Shown here piece by piece: positions 42,201 through 54,200 of a DNA stretch of 64,000 nucleotides (within the stretch, counting starts at the first letter, position 1; every line of letters begins with the position of its first letter). Below the pieces are notes generated by a model that was given only the letters and a program-made list of their open reading frames with translations, searched no databases and was not told the DNA's origin. This stretch comes from Balanoglossus misakiensis. Taxonomy: Eukaryota > Animalia > Hemichordata. The position numbers and the translations under genes are program-made. Where the stretch lies: the NCBI GenBank assembly GCA_040954595.2, contig CM082580.2, forward strand, positions 3,152,783-3,216,782. Reading direction: 5' to 3'.

Positions 42201-45200
42201 ATAAATACTACATGTTCAAATAAAATGTCTCTATCCCAACACATTTAGCCATGTTTTATTGTAATGAGCTTTCAAACCTAGCAATGGCTTCAAGATATTC
42301 TCTAAACATTTCTGATATTCACTAATCCTGTTCATAATTGTCTTTCAACAGTTGTTGAATTTATGTGAAGCAGAAGACAGTGTTTTGGTGAAGTTACCTT
42401 GTTACAAGTCAGTGCCATCCTTGGTACCGCTGAGAATCAGTGCCCTTAGTAAGTATGGCCTGTGTCATCAGAACTTTCTCACACTCCTGGCACACTGAGA
42501 GTGTGAGAACAAAATTGATCCCACACTCTTAGTGAATCGAAAGCAGTATATGATGTGAGTGCTGATTGGATGACAAAGCGTTCTTCGGTTAATACACGCT
42601 AAATGTTATCCAATGGCGCAACGTGTATTATACGGACAGAGACTACAACGTGCCAGACGACAGTTCCAGAGTCATATTCAATATGAATTTTGCTAATTTG
42701 TGACCATGTGAGAAATACAATCTCACACTAAGGACCTGGGATCTTATTTCTCACACTCGTCGGGGGTATTCTGTCCCACACGAGCCGCTGAAAATCCCCA
42801 ACTTGTGTGAGAAATATGATCCCAGGTCCTTGTGAGTGTGAGATTCTATTAGTCCCTAGTAAGTATGGCCTGTGTCATCTGAATTGTTCCAGGCACCAAT
42901 CGCAATATGCTTTGTCGTTACAATGATTACTAACATATCAAAATGCTTGAATTTCTGAATGTTCTTTTAATTCCCTTACAGATGCCCTGTCTGCTTGTCA
43001 TTACATACCGCTAGTACGAGATAAAATCTTTGGCGTTCTTTACAAAGCACTCAATTCGGCAACAGCAGAGCTGCAAGAAGCGGGCACCAAGTGTATGAAG
43101 AAGGTAAGCAGAACAGCACACACATGGGGTGTAAACACCAAATATTGGTTTGATGTCTTTATTTGGAACTTGTATGATTATCTATTATGCCAGTACTTGG
43201 TTATTCTGTCATTCTGTTATTTTGTTATTTGGTTGTTATATCATTATGTTTTTATTCAGTGTTTATTTGGAACTTTTATTATCATACACATAGCCATCAA
43301 TGAACATGAATGTAATATTCAATACAACCAAGCAATCAAACTGAATCTGAAAACAAGTAATATTGCTATGTATGATGGTAGGGCACAGGCTAGACTAGAT
43401 TGATACAGGAAAGGTAACAGCAAATGGTGTCTACAAGCAGATATATAGAGTACATACAAACTATATCAATGTTAATGGCCACCTCAGAAAGGTTTCATGT
43501 AAAGGAACCATCAAACATTTCAAGGATATTACAATTCTCCCTACCTTAAATAGGTTTTAAGCTACCTACGTGACCGATGAAAATCTTGTATGGTCGACAC
43601 AATTTCAAGATGGCAGATTTTTGCCATGTTTATTAAGAAATGGGAGTTCATGAGCTAAAGTGACGATGGGTCATTCTGAAACATTTTAACAGAAAAAATA
43701 ACAAAATGTGAAACAAGTTTAATGAGTTTAATATGTTAACTACAAAGACAGACATGTTTGACTAAAGGAAGTCATGAAATACGGTAAACATATCATTTCT
43801 TCTATCTCTTACTACAGTGGGTTGTCGACTTTTCGCCCAGAATGCAATGTGATTTGACCCCCTAGCGCAAAGTGAAAACATATTTAAGGCAGCCAGAATT
43901 GTAAACATTGACAACAAGCTTAACATGTCTTTTGTTTCTATCCACAGTTCATCAGTGGCACGCAGATAGACACAGATTTAGTGCACACCAGTATGCGGCA
44001 ATTACTATCCATGCTGGGTGACTACAGAAATTTATCTCCCAATGTCATTCAGAGGTTATTCAGTCTAACTCAACTCTTCCCAAACACCTTCAATGAAAGA
44101 CTCTGCGATCAACTTCTGGTATGCTACAATTTTGTGTTCTGAGTGTTATTGTAATAGTTGCATTGTTTTACTTTGGTCATCATCAAAATGTCCTGTTTTC
44201 GCCAACGAAAATGCCATCAAGTTTAATCACACAATAAATAGTATATCTTAAGTTCATTTTATGTCATTCATATGATCTCAATATAGTGGTAACTTTTTGT
44301 GGTAGATATTCAAATAAAACAAAACAAGAATTACTTTTTAATTACAATATCATGTTAATACTACTATTGAAAATACGATTTATAGACAGGTTTCTGTGTT
44401 CAGTGTGCATTGTAGTGGCTATCATGAAAAAATAGAACATTCTTAAACCATTCCTCCTTTTGTGTTGTAACATTTCCTAAATTAAGTTCCTGTCATTTCG
44501 TATATAAGTTTCAATTATCTATATTTCCTGGCTTTCATAAATCCCCTGTCTGCATGCCATGTGTTATTTGTACCGTAGTAGAATGTCTTTTTTTTTTTCT
44601 TTTCATATAAATTGTTAACATGTAGGCTCATTTGAAGAAATGGATGGATGTTTCTGTCCTATCACAGAAACAGGGGAACAAAAGCAATGGTCAGGAACTC
44701 AAGATATGTTCAGCAATTATCAACATCTTTCATGCCATTCCGGCTGCCTCACAGAAGATGATTGAACCTCTGGTTCAACTGACTTTGAAAGCTGAAAAGG
44801 ATTTATGTCTTGAGGTAGGCACTAATACACATTTATGATTTTGTGAATAGGTGTGCCTCTTCACATCTTGTCAATTTGGGTGGAAAGTAGTCCCTGGACT
44901 GACTTTATTAGCCGTTTTACGTTTCACTTTATTATTTTTTTTTATCTTATTTAACACGAATATGTGATTGTCCTGTCAGTAATTCTGAATTTTCACTCAG
45001 TATCAATGTATGTCTGCTGCATACAATCACCATAAAAATCATAATTCAAACGGCAGCCCCAATATCATCGATATTAAATTGAGTATGTGTGCTGCATAGA
45101 AAAAAGTGTACAGATAACACAATATATATACTGGATAAGAAAAACTTGGCAGTTTTCAGTTGATGTGATGTGATTTTGCCAAATGGTCACTTTCGCTTGT

Positions 45201-48200
45201 TCTTTTCTCATTGTAGAAAGGAGTTTGTGAAATGTGAACATTCATGAAAGAAACTGCTGAGTTATAAGGCTGCATTCACAAACACCTCTGGAGGGGGGAT
45301 TTGAAAAAAATGAGGGTATGTAAGGGGGGATTTGAAATAATTTTCTCTCCCCCCCCCCCTCCAAAAGTGTTTGTGAATGCAGCCTAAAACAGAAAATGCC
45401 TTGATGTTTGTAACTTTGTTGTTGTTTTTTATTTCAGTCTGGAAGTCCTTTTCGTGGACCCTTGTTGAAATTTCTATTAAGATACGCCAACCAGACTGTT
45501 GAACTGTTTACAGCAGAAAATAATCTGAAGGAACAGTTGTGGAACAGAATGTTTACTGTAAGTTCAGTAAATGTTTAATGCAAAACCAGATTTGATATGC
45601 ATGTTGTTTAAGAATTCTTGAATTGTGGATGTCAGAAATATGGAAATCCAGCCGTTCAGAGATTGGCATACTGTCCTTCAACCCGAGCATATCAATATCA
45701 ATCTGTCTTCAAATACAGATTTCATATTTTTTTTTGTTCGTAGTATTTCTTGAAGCAAGAAAAGGCCAAGGCATTCCGAGATGTACTGCAGACCAATACT
45801 CTAAGACTTGTAAACCTGGCATTCATAAAACCACAGGTAAAAATGTAATTACTGTTGTAACAGAAGTTTTTGTACTGAAAGTCAGTTTAGAATCACTGTA
45901 TTTCATTTCACCTGGTCCATTTAGATGTTAAGCTATCTTTCTTCTGGGAGGATTGTTATGACTTTATTTCTCAATAACAGATATATGTCTGTATATTTTA
46001 ATCTAGAAAATACAGAATATCAAATAATTATGTTTGTATCATGCCATGTGTATTAGGTAGTGTATATTTGCTTAGAATGTTTAAAATAATGAAAACATAT
46101 TCCTTACACTCAATTCCAACCTTTTTTTCTGTACAGCCGGCTGGTGGACAAGCAAGTCCTACTGACAACGTCCGCTTAGAATTGCAGTACCAGGCGATCC
46201 TCATCATTAGTATTCTGGTCAAGTTCAATGAGAAATGGCTTCCTATGAGCCCGGTGGTGGTAGGTGCTTCTTTTCTTGAATTAGTGAAGAGAGTTGTTTT
46301 CCAGTATATGCTGAGGGGGCTCTGTAAAGATATTGCTAATTCCAAACTTTCGTTTGTGACTAGTTGGCATACTTGAAATGAGTCATAATTATTGTCCAAT
46401 GTAAAAAAAATTTCCTTTTAATTCTATTTCTGTGTGATACACCATTTGATTTTTTCTCATAACTCGACAGTTGTAGTTCTTGATGAGCATTTCTTGAAGG
46501 CACTGTTCTCAAAATTAATGTCATAGTGTGCAAACATCCTGTTGGTTGTTTGCACTGGTAGAAAGCGCTAACCACACACACTTTGAAACTCATGGGTTTG
46601 ATGAGTCTCAAATGATAGGTATTTGTTGGTATTTATTTACTGTAGTCCAACCACAGTGATTGTCTCATCATGACTCTGTAATCATAAAGTGATAGTTAAA
46701 ACCATGAACATTATTTCACCCATAGAAAAAACATACTAAAAAAGTAAAATGGAAAATTATGCTAAGACGCGTTATGCTTTGTACCAATTTGAGGAAAACC
46801 TGATAGAATTATGTTGAATGATGCCATCAATATCTTTAATTTCTCACTTTACCAGGAAAGTCATCTTCGCAGAATCTGGGTCTCAGATGCATTCCAAGAA
46901 AGGCATAAGAATGACAATGTTGGTGTTGTTCATTGGGATGAACCGAAATTACTGGTCAAGTGTCTGCTCAACTATGTCAAGTGAGTTTAGGCCAAATAAA
47001 CAAATATTTGCTGTTCCGTTTACCCGACCTACCCTAATTTTAGCCCGCCGACCCTAAACATTTTAGAGCTTCGTAAACCAGAAGTAAGAATACCAATGTC
47101 AAATATACAAAATTTATGAAAATTGCGAGAATCACGCAAGAACTAAGACGTCATTCTTCTACACTTCTAGGGCCAATGATATATATAAACAAAATTGCAA
47201 AATAAAAAGATTTCCCTACCTACCTACCTACCCTATTTTTGAAAACCTTGTAATCGGAACAGCACATATTATTTTTTTGGCCTTATGAGAAACATTGGAT
47301 TCAAACACAAATGCCCTAACATGTACTTTGTCATTATCCTAACCTTATTCTCTTGACCGATGATTTTTTGGTGTTATTTTTGGCCAAGCTTTGCGTTATT
47401 CTTACTGGCATTTTTATTTTCTGGATTGCAGACATCATCCGAATGAAGTTGAGTTGCTGTTCCAGTTATTGCGTGTGTTTGTCAACCGATTCTTGCCCAA
47501 CTTCCATTTCTTCAAAGAGTTCTTAGAGAAGGAAGTTGCACAGGTAAGGAATGTGGACGAGGTGCTCAAAACTCTCTATTAGAAATCGTTACCTGAACAA
47601 TTTTTTTCCTGATAAGTGAAGCTATGTAGAAATCACATGCATACCAGTCTCCACAGAAAGAAGAAACATTATTGTTTATGGTTACTTTCTGTGCATGTAT
47701 ATCATGTACATTGTAGTTAAAAAGTCAGCTTTGCACCATTGAATAGCTAAAAGCATTTAAAAGTTCAAAGCATTGCCTTTTCATGTTGCAATTCTATCTC
47801 TTACCTCTGAACCCAGGGTTACTCAGTTGAACAAAAGAGGGCAGTATTCTTCAAGTTTGTGGATTTGTTCCGGGATCAAACGTTTCCTCAAGTCTTAAAA
47901 GCCAAAGCCTTGCAGTACGTGATTATTCCAATGTTTTCAGCTGCATTTGACAGGGGAGACGGCGAACAGGTAAGACTTATTTTACTTGAAAGTTTTAGTT
48001 TTTTTGTCGTTTGTCATTTTTGTTATTGGAGGAACTTTATATTTTGTCCATAGCTTTCGATTAACTTTGTATTGCTACATTGTTTGTATTCAAGTTGATT
48101 GGCGGTCCTCCAAACCCTGGCCAAGACAGTCAAGATAACATCATCAGTGTCTTCATCAGTCGACTGATAGATCCAGAAAATCCCTACGGCATGTCAGATG

Positions 48201-51200
48201 CTGTCCGCATTCTCTTGTTGCAGTTCTCAGCATTGTTAGTTGAGAATGCTGCACCACATATACACGATGCGGCTGACAAGTAAGAACATTCTACTCCCAT
48301 TCCTTTGTTTGTATATTTTCATTCCTCTTATCATATCAATCTATGTTAGGATCAGTTTAAAAGGGACAAAGTCTTTCTCTCTCACTGTCCTTTTCCCATT
48401 GATTAAGTTTGATACAAGATACAGCTTATGTTATTCTACATGTGGATATATAGTGAATCAACGTTCGACCACACACAACTTCCATCCCACTTGTAGACAC
48501 AAGAGTGAAAAAACTCACCAAAATGAATAATCGGTCTTTACCGTTTATTCATTTTGGCGAGATTTTTACTCTCATATCCTACAGACGGGATGGAAGTTGT
48601 GTGTGGTTGAATGTTGATTCACTATATATCCACATGTAGAATAACATAAGCTGTGACCTGTATCAAACTTAATTTAATTTCTTGGGAAAAGGGCAGTGAG
48701 AGCAGTGTGCGAAATTAACGTCAGTCCGACGCTCCGAGACCGAACGATTTCGGGTTGGGCCGAAAGTTTTAGCAACATAATCGGTCCTTGTGACCGGCTG
48801 GATTTTTGAATAAACACGATGACATTTTTTCGTTCCTGTGGGTAATCTTAGGTCCGGCAAAAATCGTGAATTGTAACAGGATTTTCACTCCATAAATGCA
48901 CATTATTTACGGTGACACCCGCGACAAGTATGATTACTCGTACAGTAACCACCGGGTATGTATCTTCTGGCCGTGTGGCGATGATGAAAAACGGGTTATA
49001 GTATTCACTATTCAGGGAGAGAGTGTTGACTGTAATAGTAATGCATGTCGTCAACAACGGCATTTTGTAAGGACCGGCTGTTTTCTGTACGGACCTGAAG
49101 CTTTGGTTTGGTGCAGGTCCTTATGACCTGAAGCTCTTTTCTCTTAATTTCGCACACTGAGTGAGAGAGAGACTTTGTCCCTTTAACCCATAAATCACCG
49201 CTGTCAATGGCTTAATACACAAGAGAAAGGTTTTCATCAAACCTGTAAGAAGAATCAGAATGAGTTTCAACTCCTTGTGGTTCTGCTTCCAACAACACAT
49301 CCAAAAACTTGAATTCACTCAATATGTTTCAGGAAGCAAGGTAATAAGCTAAGACGGTTGATGACATTTGCCTGGCCATGTCTGATCCCAAAGAATTGTG
49401 TTGATCCAGCCACCAAGTACCATGGACATCTGCTTCTGTCGCATATTATAGCAAAGTTTGCCATCCACAAGAGAATTGTTCTACAGGTTAGTTCTCTAGA
49501 TTATTTGACTATAGCTGTTATATGGGATAAGGTGCTGAGTCATCATTTCTTTCAACTCCCCATGCTGTAATATTTTCTTGGTAGAAATATCTCTGTTTCC
49601 TTTATATCATTGGATAACACTTTTTTGCACATTTTTGACAATTTCAAGAAAATGATAATAGCATTTTGTAGACATTACATGGAATTGTGATAAACGTTCA
49701 GTTCCTTGGGGTACTCTCCAATCTTACAAGACAGGTCAAGTGATATTCAAATATCCCACTTCCAATATCCCCAGACTATTTGATCACAGTTTCCTAAAAT
49801 CACCTGTTTGTTGAAATCTTTTACTGAACAAGACAGTGTTATATTCAACAGGTCTTTCACAGTTTACTGAAAGCCCATGCAGTAGAGGCCAGGGCTGTGG
49901 TCAGACAAGCTTTGGAAATTCTGACACCAGCTTTACCAACCAGAATGGAGGAAGGAAATGTAAGTAACTTAGACGAAATATTTTCAACTTTTTAACTTGT
50001 AAACATATGGGTCCCCTTATATAGTTGCTTGGACAGTTTTCAAAGTGGTACAGTCAAACCTTTCTGTAGTGGCCAGTCAAGGGATTTTCCTGAACTGGCC
50101 TTTATAGACAGGTCAATTAATGTACATGAAAATTGCACATAGACTGTAACAAAGTGGCCACCATTATATAGAGATGGCTGCTATATAGTCAGTCGGCCCG
50201 ATCGCCAAAAAAGGAAATCTCATGAATATTTAAATTTGTGTCAAAGGTAACGTTTCGCCCAATCAGAAATATGCACAAATGACACGCGCGAAGGAATGTC
50301 AACAAGGCCAGTGCCTTTTGCTATAAACACTGACATCCTGAGGCTGTCTTGCATTTATACTAGGTAACCTCTCCGCCCGCCAAGCTCTTGGTATCCGAAA
50401 AATAGACCTTGGCAGAACAAATCCTTTGACCGTGGACGGTGTTTTTTTATATAGCGGTTTCCGCATTGGTTCGTTAGGGAAATTTTGGTCGATCCAACAA
50501 CCCGTGCGAGCCGACGATGACTCGGTAAATGCTTCCAGTAAACTTTGGGCCTCACTATCCAGTGTCAGTGCGGCCGTATTTAAAACCCAAGTTGATTTAA
50601 GTGAAGAGCAGGGCAGTATAACGATCCATACTTGTGCTAGTCGGACTATATCAGCTACATGTGTGGTATAAAGACGCAACTGATACAGGGGCAACAGCGA
50701 TACTCGTAGTATACTCTGTACGGTGACTGTGAGCGTGCATGAGCGGTGTTGTGAGCTATTGCGCGGCGCGTATGTTGTAATTTACGTATTTTGTAATTAA
50801 GTTGCTAACAGTTTCCAAGTTGACACCGCACATTCATGAGGTAATCGTCATATTTTGTGAATTCGACTCTTTCTATCATTTACGGTAATTGGTGATTGTG
50901 AATAAAAAAAATCATGAAACTTTCGGATCGAGAGTGACTGAGCCACGGCCTAGCACACGCACAAGATTGTTATCATTGCCGTTGTGTATATAGCACGGAG
51001 CTCCTTGTGTATATAGTGAGGGCATGGCAGAAATTATCAGTTGTCGCTAAAAAACGCAACGGTCGATTTCAAAACGCAACTGTAGATCCCTAGAGCGTGT
51101 ATCAATGTGTCCTCGGACAAAATCCTAGGCATTTAGGCGACGTAGATTTTATTTAATTGAACTAAGACCCCACACTAAAACTTCAGAAGCATACAAGAAT

Positions 51201-54200
51201 AGCCATCATCGCCGTTGTCGACAGTGGGGACTTGGGCATGGCAGAAATTATCAGCTGTCGCTAAAAAACGCAACGGTCGATTTCAAAACGCATCGGTAGA
51301 TCGCTAGAGCGTGTATCAATGTGTCCTCGGACAAAATCCTGGGCATTTAGGCGACGTAAATTTTATTTAATTGAACTAAAACTAAGGGTATGCATATTTT
51401 CTATAGAACTGATATGCATGAGTCAAAAACCAGGAATCTGATTGGGCGAAAAGTTACCTTTGACACTTTATTTAAATATTCATGAGATTTCCTTTTTTGG
51501 CGATCGGGCCGACTGATAGTGGTGGCCACTAACACAGGTTTGACTCTATCTGTAGCAGTTATTTTGTAAATTGAATCATTTATCTTTCGCTATTACCCAC
51601 AGATTTTATTCCCTTATAATGAAGTGAAGACTTGTGTTGGGATCACTTTCTTTGTTTCTTATTTTATTTTATTTTTTATTTATTCTTTAATTCAGGCGGT
51701 ATGCCCATACTGTAAAAAAAACATACAAAACAAACCCAGAAACAACTCCATAAAAGAAAGACACAAAAGAAAAAAAAAATCCCAAAAACTTAATGAAGAA
51801 CAACCCTGCAATGCCCCCAGAATGTAGATAAAAAGTAACAGTCAGTCTGTATACAACTGCGGATAACCGGGTTACCGCTTTTTTGTAAGCGTTGGCAAAA
51901 GGAGAAAACCAATTTTCGGTGTAGCGAGGTGAAGTTCAAAATATTCCTACTTACAAAGTTATGACTTATGCTTACATCGCGTTTCAGATTAAAAATCAAT
52001 CTTAAGGCATTGTTATACGCAACTTTTAAAGTAGACATTTGTTTGACACTGTAGTTACACCACACGTTAAGACAATAAACACTATATAAAAAACTTTTAA
52101 AAAGAGTGCACTTCACCTTATATGAGCAATGGCCAAAATTACGCAAAATAAAATTAGCTCTAGCATAAAAGCAACGAAGCTGCCGCTGCATATCAGCATC
52201 ATCCATACCCGAAGAGGACATAATATAGCCAAGATACTTTTTTGTACATACATACTTAAGAGGTTTACCATACAAATATACACAAGGAATTCTGTGTGCT
52301 TTCCAAGACTTTGGGAAAATTGCCATACACTCTGTCTTTGCAGTATGAAAAATAATATCATGCTCATTTCCATACAGTTCACAAATGTTACTCAGTTTCT
52401 GTAATGCTTTGACCGACGGACAAATCAAGACTAAATCGTCTGCATAGAACAAATGGTTAACAATGGTATTAGCTAGGTAACAGCCAACCCCGGCTGATTG
52501 CAGCTGACCGCTTAAATCATTTACATATATAGCGAACAGTTTGGGTGAAAGAATACTTCCTTGCCGTACACCGTTAATAACACTGAAGGAATTAGAAATT
52601 ACAGATGCCCAGCGCACAGAAAAGCATTGATTACTATACCAATATTGTAAAATACGAATAATAAAAAGAGGTATCTTGCAGTTAATCAGTTTTCTAAACA
52701 AAGTCCAGTGGTTGACCCTATCAAAAGCTTTCGTAGCATCCATAAAACAGAGGTAAACTGGCGTATTATGCCTCTTATAAAAGTCAACAATTTCTTTGAG
52801 AACAAAGATACACATGTCGGTAGAGTGATTACTTTTAAAACCAAACTGTAAATTGCTTGTATCTAAGAGTGAATCAATACGAGATAGAATACAAAGTTCC
52901 AGAACTTTCGAGATGGCCGTGACAATTGCAATGGGCCTATAATTATCCACAGAAGTAAGATCTTTGGATTTATCCTTCACAATAGGACAAATAATGGCGT
53001 GCATTAAAGTCTCGGGTAAATAACCATGTGTAAAAAAACTAGTAAAACATAAACTCAACATAACGCAAATGATTGGACTTGCATACATGAGATGTTCGGC
53101 ACCAAGACCATCATAGCCCAATGCCTTTCCCTTCTCAAGCTTATCAATACACCCTTTTAGTTCCATCGCAGTAACAACCATGGCATTGTTGTGGGAACCA
53201 GTTTCATTTAACGATGACAATACAAATGCTCTATCACGACAGTTCGAAACAGAATTCAACAAACTTTCATAATGTTGTTTCCACATATCGGCAACATTTT
53301 CATGACCGGTGCAGCCACCTACACTGGTCGGAAGCGAAGATAAACAACCACGAGTGGTATGTACAGACTGCCAAAACTTACGTGTGCCCCCCTGCGTCAA
53401 GTTTTTGGCCAAAGCCTGGGCCCTGGCTAGGTTTTCATCTCTTCTACACGCCCGTAAAACCGACTTAAATTTTGCACGAGTTCTGCGCATGAGATCAAAG
53501 AGCGGGCCAAACCTAGGCCTGCCATTAGCAGCCCATAATTTAAATGCATCACGAGCGGCATTGTGAAAATCACGTACATGTTCATTCCAACCTGGAACAG
53601 TTTTAAAACCCAACCCCTCTGCCTTCGAAGCAGGAATGCAGTTCAACGCAGCTGATTTAAGAGAAGTAACAATATTCGAATACAAAGAATTTAGACTGCT
53701 AATGTGATCTATATTCTTACAGTTAGGATCTCGACATACAAGAGCAACATTTGGGATATCCAGTCTACGGAGTAAGCACTCCGTCATATGTTCATAAGCA
53801 GACAAGTTCCTGGGTGTCGCTTTACTCCAGTTAGGCTTCGCATGAGCATTGGTCACATTTTGTGGAATCGGATCTGTATGTACTAACCCAACAATATCAA
53901 TATTTACAGAAAGAGGAAAATGGTCAGAGGACACATAATCATACAAAATACCAATACTAGAAATAGCATTATGTACTGCATGGGTGCTCAAAATATGGTC
54001 CAACCAACCAGTACTACCATGTGCATCACTAACGAATGTAAAATTATCATTGCATCTACCAAGCTTTTCAACATCGGAGATATACAAATTATGTTCTTTA
54101 CAAAAAATATCAAGCTCCCTAGCAAATATTGTACCAAAGTTAGCGTTAAAATCGCCAAGAATTATAACATTCGTTGTGTCAATATCATTAATAATGCAAT

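Noticed and set aside
50299-50694. 131-aa ORF inside the long-TIR element as a transposase
   Set aside because: No DDE, zinc-finger or helix-turn-helix motifs were recognisable in the frames I read.
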